Shown here one piece after another: positions 1 to 15,219 of a DNA stretch of 64,000 nt. Under the pieces are notes generated by a model. It was given only the letters and a program-made list of their open reading frames with translations, ran no database searches and was not told the origin of the DNA. The position numbers were made by a program, and so were the translations under genes. Position 1 is the first letter of the stretch, and each line of letters begins with the position of its first letter. Source of the stretch: the human T2T-CHM13v2.0 reference genome, Homo sapiens. The stretch lies in assembly GCF_009914755.1 (NCBI RefSeq), contig NC_060941.1; one strand, written 5' to 3'.

Positions 1-76
1 GGACTCAAGAGACCCACCCACTTCAGCCTCCTGAGTAGCTGGAACTACAGCTACTACTGCCACCACGCCTGGCTAA

Positions 77-127
<51 letters not shown>

Positions 128-790
128 AGATGAGGGTCTCATTGTGTTGCCCAGTCTGGTCTTGAACTCCTGGGCTCAAGTGATCCTCCCCCCTCAGCCT
201 CCCAAAGTGCTGGGATTACAGGCATGAGCCACAGCACTCAACCTAATCATTTTCTTTGTGTGTGTCCCATGACAGAAGCAAGTTTAGGAAGCAGTGACCT
301 AGTCTAATGTCTGCATTTTACAAAGAAGGAAGCTGAGGCCCAGAGAGGTAAAGTGACTTGCCCAAGGTCACACACCTGCAAAAAATCCAGAGCCTTTCTG
401 CTAAGAACAATAATTTTCAAACTTTGTTTTCAAGCAGAACATTTTTCCCTTCAAATAAAATATTACAGGAACACAAGTTTATAACATAGATATAGGCTGT
501 GTGCAGTGCCTCACGCTTGTAATCCCAGCACTTTGGGAGGCCGAGGCAGGCAGATCACTTGAGGTCAGGAGTTCGAGACCAGCCTGGCCAACATGGCGAA
601 ACTCTGTTTCTACTAAAAAATACAAAAAGTAGCCAGGCATGGTGGCGTGCGCCTGTAATCCCAGCTACTCAGGAGGCTGAGGCAGGAGAATCACTTGAAC
701 CCAGGAGGCAAAGGTTGCAGTGAGCCGAGATCATGCCACTGCACTCCAGCCTGTCTAAAACAAAAACAAAAACAAACAAACAAAAAAGAT
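1..790. mobile_element. Alu (-, 1-243, with (TG)n at 79-126), MIR fragment (~315-375), Alu (+, ~495-790)
   Basis: Alu consensus blocks; MIR core gaagctgaggcccagagaggtaaagtgacttgcccaaggtcacac. Confidence 0.85.
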
Positions 791-1604
791 ATAAACAAGG
801 CAGTTCTAATTTAAAAGGAGTTGGGAGTCTCAGATCCTCACCACTTGACTTCCCCCTGCCCCAGGAGGTCCCCGAGGAGTTTCCCCTAAGCCCTAGGGTT
901 TCTACTCTACAAAGGGTATAGAGATGCTTAGGAGGGAAGACAGCAGAGAGATGGGAAGGAGGCTCCACAGTTAGAAGAGTGAAAGGTGGTGGTGAGCATG
1001 CAGAGGCAGAGGGAGGGGAAGGGCTGGGAGAGGGAGGGCTGGGCGGGACCCATGGAGCAGATGGCATTTGGGGGAGATCATGGGAACAGCAGCACTGGGA
1101 GCTCAGGGGACTTTGAGGAAAGTGTGCCTGGACCCTGTCAGCAGAAGGAGGTGAGTAGTTCTCAGAGGCCGCAGGTGGAGCTGAGGAGGCCTCCTCCCCT
1201 GTCAGAATGGGGCTGTGCTCCAACTCCCCCCACCAAGTTCAGGTTTGACTTAAGGGAAACACAGGGTCCTGCTAGGCGGCCTCCAGGCCTGGGGCTAGGT
1301 AGGGTACAGGAAAAAGCGACTCCAGGCCTGGAGGGAGGGCGTCCATTCCCAGCTTGATCACCAAAGGAAAACGAGGCCTGAATTCCGCAAGCTCTTTACT
1401 GCGGACCTAAGAACACTGCACCCCTCTCCACCCCATCCGAGGGCGGGCTGCGAGTTGGAGACCCTGCAGGCCCGCGCCTGCACAGCCCTCAGCCCCGCCC
1501 GCTTGTCCAGCTGCCTCGCAATTGGCTGCACCCTCTGGGTCCGAGCCCCCGGGAGGGTAATTAACGAGGGATTAATGAGATTTCCAAAGTCAACAGAAAA
1601 ATCG

Positions 1605-1710
1605 ATGGGCCGCGGAGCCCGAGCGGCGGCTGCGCAGTCCCGCTGGGGGAGGGCGTCGCGGGCATCGGTCTCACCTGGACGGACGATCCGCTCAGCGCCC
1701 GCAGTCGGTG
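1605..1710 (+). CDS. OTOP3: OTOP3 first coding exon, form A (MGRGARAAAAQ...APAVG), 596-aa isoform
   Basis: ATG 1605; donor GGTG|gttagc at 1710/1711 (phase 1); spliced to 7234 gives ...AVG-EAQETE; exon sum 1791 nt = 596 aa + stop. Confidence 0.8.
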
Positions 1711-1724
1711 GTTAGCCCACGGCG

Positions 1725-1743
1725 ATGCCTCTCCCGGCCTCAG
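1725..1743 (+). CDS. OTOP3: OTOP3 first coding exon, form B (MPLPAS), 578-aa isoform
   Basis: ATG 1725; strong donor CAG|gtaagc at 1743/1744; spliced to 7201 gives MPLPASAPAEATPMPSSEAQ; exon sum 1737 nt = 578 aa + stop. Confidence 0.85.
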
Positions 1744-2656
1744 GTAAGCCCGGAGCGCCGGCGGAACTTTCCCAGCTTGCGCACCCCAGACACTGGCACA
1801 TACTACCCACCCCCCCAAAAGGGGGGTTCACAAGTAGGGGCTGCAGGGATTGGAACGGGAAAGCGGGGTGACTGTGGAGAGGTGAACTCCCTTTAATCTG
1901 AGGCCGGCCCCTCCACCCGCCCCGCAACCCGCGCTCCGCGCCCCTACTCCTTTCCGTGGACCCGGGGAGCACAGAGGGCCTCAGGGCGCGACTCCTCCCG
2001 GCCGGGTCCACACAGCAGAAAGTGGGCGCGGAGGCCTGGGGTGTGAGGTTGGTTGGGGCTGTCTGGACGCCCGGTCTGGGGCACGCAGGAAGCGGCTGCC
2101 CCGGCCCCGCAGTCCCTAAAATGGCTCGGAAGGAAATCCCGAGGGCGCCCGCACTCAGCAGCCTCCTCGGAGCCGGCCCTGCGCTGCTGGGCCGGGCGCC
2201 GGGCCCGACGGCTCCGCGGCTTTCATCGCCAATCCAGCCGAGACCCACAAACCAGTCCAGTGTCCCGGCCCTCCCTTGGACTGGCGTCGCGCCCAGGGGC
2301 GTGCCAGGGGGCGGCAGAGTACTGCTTGTCAGTTCCAGGTGCCCTTGCCCCAGCCTTCTGCCCGAGACCCCTAAATGCCCACTCCTGCCCCCTGCCCAGC
2401 CCGGGACCAAATTCGCTCCTTTGAAGGCTCACGCCAGCGGCCTTTGGAGGGCTGGACTTCAGGGTGGGAGACGGGGGATACTGTCAGGGCAAAGACCCCA
2501 GAGGAAGGGAACCTGGAACCTTGTCCCCCAGTGTCCCCTCCAGGCCTCCAGTCTGAATAAAATTCACCCTTGAAATTTCACCAGTAATCCAGACCCTTCC
2601 CAGCTCTCCAGGACCTCAAAAGAACTGGAAGGAAATGCAGAGATAGCCAACACTGA

Positions 2657-3091
<435 letters not shown>

Positions 3092-5893
3092 TGAGCATCT
3101 ACTATGCACCAGCTACTATTCCATAGTTGTATATCAGTTTTGCAGATGACAACACTCAGGCACAGAGTCTAAGTAGCTCTCTGTAGTAGTCTCAGTAGTC
3201 TAAGATGACAGAGGTAATAAGTGCTGGAATCTGAGCACTTGATCATTAATCTACCCTGCTTGGGGGCTGGAGGAGAGGGTGCAGGTTTTGGGGAAGGTGA
3301 AGTAGAGCAGTTACAGTTGGGATATATGGAGCAGGGAGACATCCCGGTGAGCCCCAGCCTTGCTCAATTTGGGTGGGGGAGCTTAGGAGGGAAAGATAAA
3401 GATCATCGGGAGTCTCCTCCCCAGCCAGCCCGGAAAGAGTTTAATGGGAAGGGTCTCTGTCCACAGCTCTGGTGCTGAAAATTTCCCAAAAGATGCCAGA
3501 GTCAGTGGGCAATCACTGGGTGAATGTCACATCTGCACTAGGTTTGGGGGGTCCAAGTTAAGCAGGACCCGGTCTCTGTCCTGGAGGAGTTTCAGGACTT
3601 AATGGGAGCCAGCCACACCCACAGCACACCAAACAGGGCACACCTCTCAATAGAGGGGAGTGGCCCCAGCAAAGTAGCACCAGAAGGCTTAGGCAGAGAG
3701 GAAGGCTTTCCAGGTGGGTGGGGAGGATGGGCGAGTGGTGGGGGAGGCAGAAAGAAGAGCAGTGTCCAGGAGGGATGGCAGGAGGCAGGAGACCATGGGA
3801 GAAACGCAGAACTTTCTACCTGGGCCTGGGTTGGTGTGGGAGGCAGGTGCCTTGAGTACGGCAGGGGTGGTGGGACAGGGAGGAGACAGAACTTAGGCAA
3901 GGATGACAGAGTGGAGTGGGAAAGGGGAGAAAATCATTTATAGAATCTTGAAAAGAGGCTTAAGTTTTAGTGCTCCATCTGCCCCAGAAGAGAACAGCAG
4001 AAGGTATAAATATGGAGCAGGTGGAGAATGGGAGAATATGACAAGGGGAGAATGGGAGCCCGGAGAGGTTGCATTTTCAAGCCAGATATGGTGAGAGTCT
4101 TCTGGTGTTGCATAGAGGGCACGTCTGAAGCTCCTGAGGCCTGGGGTCTCAAGGGAGAGACAGAGCAAAGCACAGCTAATGGAAGCAGAGGACGATGGGT
4201 GGTCAGCGTGGGGTGAGGTGGGAATGCTGACGAGGGAAGGCCGCAGAGAGGAGGCGGGGTCTCTGCCGAGTCCTGAAGGACAAGCTAGAGTTACCCAAGG
4301 GGCAAAAGGGGTAGGCATTAAAGGCAAAGAATAGGGTGTGGGCAAAGACTGGGGGCGTTCCAGGAAGTGCAGCAAGATGGTATAGCCCAAGGAGAGGGGA
4401 GTAGGGTCGAAGACAATGCTAGAGGGGTAAGTTGAAGCCAGACCAGGAAGCAGCAGCAGCTACTCTGCCTTGGGCAGAGAACCTGGAACCTTGTCCAGGC
4501 CCATACTAATCATACACCTCTCATTTTGAGAGGCCATGCAGGCTGTGTCAGTAATTTGGACTTTATACTGAGGGCAATTAGTTGCCTTTGCAGGACTTTA
4601 AGTAGGGGAGAGGCACTCTGGGCAAGAAGACCAGTCCAAGAGAGCAAGGAAGGGGGCCCAGACTAGGTAGTGGTTGAGGTCAAGAAAAATCAGGGCCAGG
4701 CATGGTGGCTTACACCTGTAATCCCAGCACTTTGGGAACCTGAGACAGGAGGATCACTCGAGGCGAGGAGTTCAAGACCAGCTTAGGCAACATAACGTGA
4801 CCCTGTCTCTGCAAAAAAAAAAAAAATTAAAATTAGCCAAGGGTGGTGGCACATGCCTGTAGTCCCAACTACTCATGAGGCTGAATCGGGAGGATCACTT
4901 GAGCCCAGGAGTTCAAGATTGCAGTGAGCTATGATGGTGCCACTGCACTCCAGGCTGGGTGACAGAGCGAGACCCTAGCTCTAAAAATAGACAAATAAAA
5001 ATCTAAGAGCAACTTGTGAGCTGGAATGAACAAGCCTGGGGCCTAAGAGAATGCAAGGGATGAGGGGAGAGGCAAAAAGGACACCCAGTTCTCTGCTAGG
5101 AGGTGGGGAGATGGAGATGTCACTCTGAGATTGTGACATTAGGAAGCAAGAGAATGGGAGCAATGAGCACCTAGAACCCTGAGCTCAGAGCACAAGGGCA
5201 GCAGCAGGACCAAGGAAGAGCCTGGGTGGAACAGGGGGTCTCTAGGGAGCCTTCTGGGTCAGCTCAGCCTCCCCACCAGGAGAGCACCCAGAAGCAGCAG
5301 AACCATCCCCACTCTCAACAGCACCTCAGTCCCACCAGGAAGAAGGAGTGTCCGGTGGGGAGAGCATGCTGGACTCAGAGCTGCAGGCATTGGATGGCCC
5401 AAAATCTGGTCTTAGCAAGTGGTGACAAAGTGGTTGGCCTGTGTGAATGCTTGGGAGAGGTGAGGAAATGGCAGGAGACATTCAGGAAAAGAGGAGGGTA
5501 ACGATCGTGTTTCCTACATTAAGCCAGGCACTCGTGGGACTTCCGGGAGTGGGGGGAGGGGCACAGAAATAGAAGCCAGTTCCTTCAAAGTCAACCTTCA
5601 AAGTCAAGGGCGTGGCAGCGATGCTGATCCAGGCCTGTCCCATGCTCTCAGAAGACATTGTGAATCAACCCCAGAAACTTTTCCCTAAACCTTTAATGTA
5701 CTTTAAAATTATTTTATTTATGTATTTATGTTTAAACGCAGGGTCTTGCTCTGTCACTCAGCTTGGAGTGCAGTGGTCCAATCATAGCTCACTGCAACCT
5801 TGATTTCCTGGGCTCAAGCCATCCTCCTGCCTCAGCCTCCTGAGTAGTTGGGACTATAGGCATTAAACCATCATACCTGGCTAATATATATAT

Positions 5894-5896
<3 letters not shown>

Positions 5897-5945
<49 letters not shown>

Positions 5946-5957
5946 TATATACATATA
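5897..5957. repeat. (CA)n/(TA)n microsatellite in an Alu linker
   Basis: Direct reading. Confidence 0.95.
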
Positions 5958-6260
5958 TGGGGTTTTTTTCGGCTTTTTTGTTTTTTTTTTTTTTTGAAGA
6001 GATGGTGTCTTCCTATGTTAGCCAGGCTGGTCTTGAATGCCTGGGCTCAAGCAATCCTCCCACCTGAGGCTCCCAAAGTGCTGAGATTACAGGCATCAGC
6101 CACCATGCTCAGCCTAAAATTACTCTTAATTACATAAGTACTGTGCTAATTTTTTTTTAAAAAACTAGAACAGTAAAGCTAAAAAGTCTGCTACTCCCAA
6201 TCCCAGTACTCTCATCCCAGAAGAAACTCCTATTGTGAAACTGATGGGTATAATCTAGAC

Positions 6261-6604
6261 CAGCAGTCCCCAGTCCCCAGGCTGCGGACCAGTACCAGTC
6301 CATGGCCTGTTAGGAACCAGGCCGCATAGCAGGAGGTAAGTGATGGGGAGGGAGCATGACAGCCTGAGCTCTGCCTCCTGTCAGATCAGCAGTGGCAACA
6401 GATTCTCATAGGAGCACAAGCCCTATCGTGAACTGCACATGTGAGGGATCTAGGGGTTGCCCACTCCTCATGAGAATCTAATACCCAATGATCTGAAGTG
6501 GAACAGTTTCATCCCGAAACCATCCCTCCACCCTCCATCCATGGAAAAATTGTCTTCCACGAAACTGCTCCCTGGTGCCAAAAAAGTTGGGGAGGGGACT
6601 GCTG
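6261..6604 (+). mobile_element. MER1B-like hAT-Charlie DNA transposon, full length
   Basis: TIRs cagcagtcccc / ggggactgctg; 8-bp TSD atctagac / gtctagac; internal MER1 sequence (ggcctgttaggaacc..., gattctcataggagc...). Confidence 0.85.
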
Positions 6605-7200
6605 GTCTAGACCTTTTAAAAGTAATCATATAGGTGCTTGTATGTTCCCATAATACAGTATTGTTTCAGATCACACCATTCTTCCCTACCAAGCCCAGAC
6701 ACAGCCTCAGGATGCTTCTCTACAAAACATTTTAGGCAATCATTTCCCAACCAATCAGGGTCAGAATAAGAAAGGCCACCAATTTGCCCTCCCTGGTGTC
6801 AGAAGTGAAAGTCCTACCAGAAGGCGGAAGGACACCGCTGCCTTTTCATGGCAAAAAGTCACAGCCCTAGAAACTGACCAGGCACTAGGCAGACGCTGAC
6901 TTTAGGATCAGGCACAAGTCAGGAAGTGGGGTTGAGAGGGAGGACATGATCCTCACGCCAGTCAAACTAATTCCCCATGTTTATGTGCAGCACGAGAGGT
7001 TTCCGTAGGGTCTCCTGGTCTGTTTGAACCTCCTCAGGTCCTGTAAGATAGATGGGGCAGCTGCTATTAGTTCCAATGTCCCAACCACCCAACCAGAGAG
7101 GCCGCATAGCTGACCCTGGGTCACACAGCGGTTAGGGGCAGCGTGGACTTGAACCCAGGACAGCCTGGCAGTTAACCCAGGACCCTTTCTCCATCTCCAG

Positions 7201-7617
7201 CCCCTGCTGAGGCTACACCCATGCCTTCTTCAGAAGCACAGGAGACTGAAGCAGCCCCGGAGAAGGAGAACCGAGTGGATGTGGGGGCCGAGGAGAGAGC
7301 GGCCGCCACCCGGCCCCAGCAGAAGTCCTGGCTGGTGAGGCATTTCTCTCTGCTGCTGCGGCGGGACCGGCAGGCCCAGAAGGCTGGACAACTCTTCTCG
7401 GGGCTCCTGGCCCTGAATGTGGTGTTCCTGGGTGGCGCCTTCATCTGCAGCATGATCTTCAACAAGGTGGCCGTCACTCTGGGTGACGTGTGGATCCTGC
7501 TGGCCACGCTGAAGGTCCTCTCCCTGCTTTGGCTTCTCTACTATGTGGCAAGCACCACCCGCCAACCACACGCCGTGCTCTACCAAGATCCCCACGCGGG
7601 GCCCCTCTGGGTGCGGG
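7201..7617 (+). CDS. OTOP3: OTOP3 exon 2 (alternative acceptor at 7234)
   Basis: Acceptors ccatctccag|7201 and ccttcttcag|7234; donor CGGG|gtgagt; encodes the first otopetrin TM helices (GQLFSGLLALNVVFLG). Confidence 0.95.
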
Positions 7618-7708
7618 GTGAGTGTCAGGTTGCTGGGGGGCTGGGCAGGGGTGGGGAGGGAGAGCCGGTTCCGCGCAGGTGCCAACGCCCGCCCACATGT
7701 CCGGCCAG

Positions 7709-7845
7709 GTTCCCTAGTGCTCTTCGGCAGCTGCACCTTCTGCCTCAACATCTTCCGAGTGGGCTACGATGTGAGCCACATCCGCTGCAAGTCACAGCTG
7801 GACCTTGTCTTCCCTGTCATCGAGATGGTCTTCATCGGCGTCCAG
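7709..7845 (+). CDS. OTOP3: OTOP3 exon 3
   Basis: ccag|GT TCC CTA ... GTC CAG|gtgaca; GSLVLFGSCTFCLNIF...MVFIGVQ. Confidence 0.93.
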
Positions 7846-8143
7846 GTGACAGGCTTCTCACGTCCCCACATCACCGAGGACATACCCTATCTACCCATGC
7901 CATGCACACACCTCCCACTACCTATGCCTAGGAACAGCCACACAGGCAAATACCTAATGTCCCAGGGTCTTTGCACACACACCACACCCCTCACACAAGT
8001 GTCCACGTCCACACATACCCACGGGTTCCTGCATCAACACACACACCGTGTCACCGAATGTAGACACTTAGAAGTCCAGCTGTCTATGCGTATGTAGGCA
8101 TATCCCTGGATATACACTCCCTACATGTATAAACCTTCTCTTA

Positions 8144-8839
<696 letters not shown>

Positions 8840-9093
8840 TTATTTCCCCCAACAAGAAAGCACTTCCCCAAAGGGTGGGCTTTTTGGTCCCTTTTCCCAG
8901 CTGAGGCAACTAAGGCTCAGAGATGGTTTGCCACTGATTCAATACCACACAGCAAGAAGCAGTAGAGCCAAGATTCCGACCCAGTCTTTCTCCCTGTGTC
9001 TTTCACTGTAAATACACGCATGCGCCCCAGGAACTCACACTGTGGTCCCACCACCTCCACCAGCCCCTGGGCTCAAGGCCCTGTCTCTTTCAG

Positions 9094-9152
9094 ACCTGGG
9101 TGCTCTGGAAACACTGCAAAGACTGTGTTCGGGTCCAGACCAACTTCACTAG
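9094..9152 (+). CDS. OTOP3: OTOP3 exon 4
   Basis: tctctttcag|ACC TGG ... ACT AG|gtaaga; TWVLWKHCKDCVRVQTNFTR. Confidence 0.93.
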
Positions 9153-9413
9153 GTAAGACTTCTCTCCCTCCCAAACCCTCTGGCCTCTCTGTCCTCCCCA
9201 CCACTTCCCTGGTCAGGGTGGCCGCGGGGCTATAGGTTAGTCTGGGATGTGTCCTAGGTGGCCCCAGGGCTGCCTCTTGTGTCCTAGTGCCAGTGTGACA
9301 CTAGGGAGTGAGTGGTTGGGAGTGAGTGGTTGCCCCAACAACAGTGGATGGTGAGGGTTTGGCACCTGGGGAGCCGGCCAGGGTGTGTGAGAAGAGTGTG
9401 GCATTTCCCCCAG

Positions 9414-9532
9414 GTGTGGCCTGATGCTGACCCTGGCCACAAACCTGCTGCTGTGGGTTCTGGCCGTTACCAATGACTCCATGCACCGAGAGATCGAAGC
9501 TGAGCTTGGCATCCTCATGGAAAAATCCACAG
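9414..9532 (+). CDS. OTOP3: OTOP3 exon 5
   Basis: ttcccccag|G TGT ... ACA G|gtatgg; CGLMLTLATNLLLW otopetrin motif. Confidence 0.94.
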
Positions 9533-9565
9533 GTATGGAAAGGAGACCAGGTCTTCCTTGCCCTG

Positions 9566-9567
<2 letters not shown>

Positions 9568-9600
<33 letters not shown>
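9568..9600. repeat. (CA)n microsatellite 35 nt downstream of the OTOP3 exon 5 donor
   Basis: Direct reading. Confidence 0.95.
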
Positions 9601-9602
<2 letters not shown>

Positions 9603-10280
9603 AACGCTACACTCTCTAAAACAGGTGAGGCTCAGTAGGTCTATAGAGTTGGGAGCAAACTCTAGAGGCCAGATTAGGAATCAACAGAAAACTGAAGTTT
9701 GCCAGTGGTCCCCATCCCACCCCATCAGGTGCTGACGCCCTGCACCCAACTCCAGGTGTCCAGCTAGCCATCAGCAAGCCAGCCACTGATCCTGGCTGAG
9801 AGAGCCACTAAGTCCTTCAGGTATGCACCCCGCCCGTGGCATTTGCATTTTACTTGCAAGCAACTCAACAGCCTCCCGGCTGAAAGGAATATCTTCCTAA
9901 CACAATTTTAGGTGCCTGGCCTCATCAATCAGGTGGGACGGAAGATATCTGGACAGAAAAAAACTCCCAAGATTGTCCCATATGCCTCACCTCCTATCCT
10001 AAAGGCTGCATCCCATACCCTACATGGGAACACTGCTCTGTGGGATTGAGCCACACCTGTATGTACATGCCCCACCCCGCCCCGGGTGGCATCACCATCA
10101 CGCCCTGCAGCCCAGCCCTCCCAGCACATCCACACATTCACATACCCGCTGCATCAGTCACGACACGCCTGTGTACTGTGAGCATTCTATACACTCTGCT
10201 TGCATTTCTCAGAAAAGCTGTGCAAAGAGAGAATTTTTGCCAAGTGACATCATGGATTTTGAAATTATAAAATAATTCAG

Positions 10281-12231
<1,951 letters not shown>

Positions 12232-12466
12232 TAATGCTTTACGTAAGTTTGGCATCTGAAGTCTTCAATTCCTTTGAAAAAGAATGACCATTCTGTGGGA
12301 TTTGTGATCTCTTTGCCTGGGCCTCAGTTTCCACATTGGTAAAATGAGCGGCTGGGTCGCTTTCAGCTCTAGTGTATTCCAGGGAATGGGAGGTATCTGT
12401 GTAGCCAGTTTCCTCAGAGCAGAGCCTGCCTGAATGTCTGTCCCTCCCACCCTGCCTCCCTCCCAG

Positions 12467-13281
12467 GCAATGAGACCAACACCTGTCTGTGCCTCAATGC
12501 CACCGCGTGTGAAGCTTTCCGGAGAGGCTTCCTGATGCTCTACCCCTTCAGCACTGAGTACTGCCTCATCTGCTGTGCTGTGCTGTTTGTCATGTGGAAG
12601 AACGTGGGCCGCCACGTGGCACCCCACATGGGTGCCCACCCTGCCACCGCACCCTTCCACCTGCACGGGGCCATCTTCGGGCCGCTGCTGGGCCTGCTGG
12701 TGCTGCTGGCAGGTGTGTGCGTCTTTGTGCTCTTCCAAATCGAGGCCAGTGGCCCTGCCATTGCTTGCCAGTACTTCACCCTCTACTATGCCTTCTATGT
12801 GGCTGTGCTGCCCACCATGAGTCTGGCGTGCCTGGCGGGCACAGCCATACACGGGCTGGAGGAGAGAGAGCTGGACACGGTCAAGAACCCTACCCGCAGC
12901 CTGGATGTGGTGCTGCTAATGGGTGCTGCACTGGGCCAGATGGGCATCGCCTATTTCTCCATCGTGGCCATTGTGGCCAAGCGCCCGCATGAGCTGCTCA
13001 ACCGCCTCATCCTGGCCTACTCGCTGCTGCTCATCCTGCAGCACATCGCTCAGAACCTCTTCATCATCGAGGGCCTGCACCGGCGCCCACTCTGGGAGAC
13101 AGTTCCCGAGGGCCTGGCAGGAAAGCAGGAGGCTGAGCCTCCCCGCAGAGGCTCCTTGCTGGAGCTGGGCCAGGGCCTGCAGCGGGCCTCACTGGCCTAC
13201 ATCCACTCCTACAGCCACCTCAACTGGAAGCGGAGGGCACTCAAGGAGATCTCACTCTTCCTCATCCTCTGCAATATCACA
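12467..13281 (+). CDS. OTOP3: OTOP3 exon 6
   Basis: cctcccag|GC AAT ... ATC ACA|gtaagt; contains LYPFSTEY and multiple TM helices; matches ORF 12535..13314. Confidence 0.97.
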
Positions 13282-13923
13282 GTAAGTGGCTGGGCTAAGG
13301 GGCCTGGAGGGTAGAGGTGGCCAGGCAGACCCAGAAAGCCTCACTCAGGAAGGGATGGATCAAGGACACATCTTTTTCCAACTAGCTTGATGCTGCTTGA
13401 GAGTGTCCCCCCAGTTCCCTACAGGGTGCCTGGCACAAATGAATGTGCCAAGCACTTGGCTAAGTGCTCTTCACAAACAAATATGTAAGACATCCACCCT
13501 CCAGAAACTTCCTGTCTAGTTGGGAAGACACCACTGAATTCATCATCCCTGGGTTCAGTCAAAGGAAGAGATCAGGAAGTACCTGATTTTCTAAGACACT
13601 CCTAGAGGAAGATGTTGATAATGGCTGCCCAGCTTCTGGCGGAAGTCCCAGGTACACCTTTCCATGCAATGTCTCTACGCTTCATTGAATCATGACAGTA
13701 ACTCCATGCAACAGACACTATTGCTGTCCCTTTTCACAGAGGAGGAAACTAAGGCTTAGGTTATTGTACCTGCCCAAGTACCCACAGCCTGTAAGTGGCA
13801 GGGCTGGGACAACTCAGGGTTGTGTTTGACTCCAAGCAATCAATGCACTGAAAACATACCTGAGAAATGAAACCTCTGGTCCAGGCAGAGAATAAATTGG
13901 CTCTAAAGTGCATTAGGAGCTCA

Positions 13924-14810
<887 letters not shown>

Positions 14811-15048
14811 TCAGGCTGGCCACAGGCAAGCTCACAGAGATGGCTGGGGATAGCTAAGGCCTTCTGCAGTAGGGCGAGAAAGATCTGGGGGAAAGAAGAG
14901 CTCATGCTGAAAGCCCAAGGGTTAGAAGACTGAGCGGGAGGTGGGGGTGGCACTGGAGGGGCTGCAGGTTTGGGGGCTGCCTCCCCTGAACTGAGTGCCT
15001 TGGGGCACAGGAGAGCCCTTCCCTAACTCAGCACATCCTCTCCCCCAG

Positions 15049-15219
15049 CTGTGGATGATGCCTGCATTTGGCATACACCCGGAGTTTGAGAACGGGCTAG
15101 AAAAGGATTTCTACGGCTACCAGATATGGTTCGCCATCGTCAACTTCGGCCTGCCTCTGGGGGTCTTCTACCGCATGCACTCTGTGGGAGGCCTGGTGGA
15201 GGTCTACCTGGGGGCCTGA
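15049..15219 (+). CDS. OTOP3: OTOP3 exon 7 coding part with stop
   Basis: tcccccag|CTG TGG ATG ... GCC TGA; C-terminal otopetrin signature FYRMHS. Confidence 0.96.
   Translation: MWMMPAFGIHPEFENGLEKDFYGYQIWFAIVNFGLPLGVFYRMHSVGGLVEVYLGA

Larger units (their letters stand above)
1400..2450. promoter_or_regulatory. OTOP3: CpG island / promoter of OTOP3
   Basis: CpG-dense, GC-rich stretch covering both first coding exons; GC box (ccccgccc ~1492); boundaries approximate. Confidence 0.8.

Noticed and set aside
1-1400. Possible 3' end of OTOP2
   Set aside because: No otopetrin coding sequence seen; only Alu/MIR and unique non-coding DNA
1712-2573. Overlapping 205-232 aa ORFs in the OTOP3 island
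   Set aside because: Same GC-content artefact; non-ATG starts; located in intron 1
7221-8097. ORFs 7221..7931 and 7543..8097 as standalone genes
   Set aside because: They are OTOP3 exons 2 and 3 read through into introns
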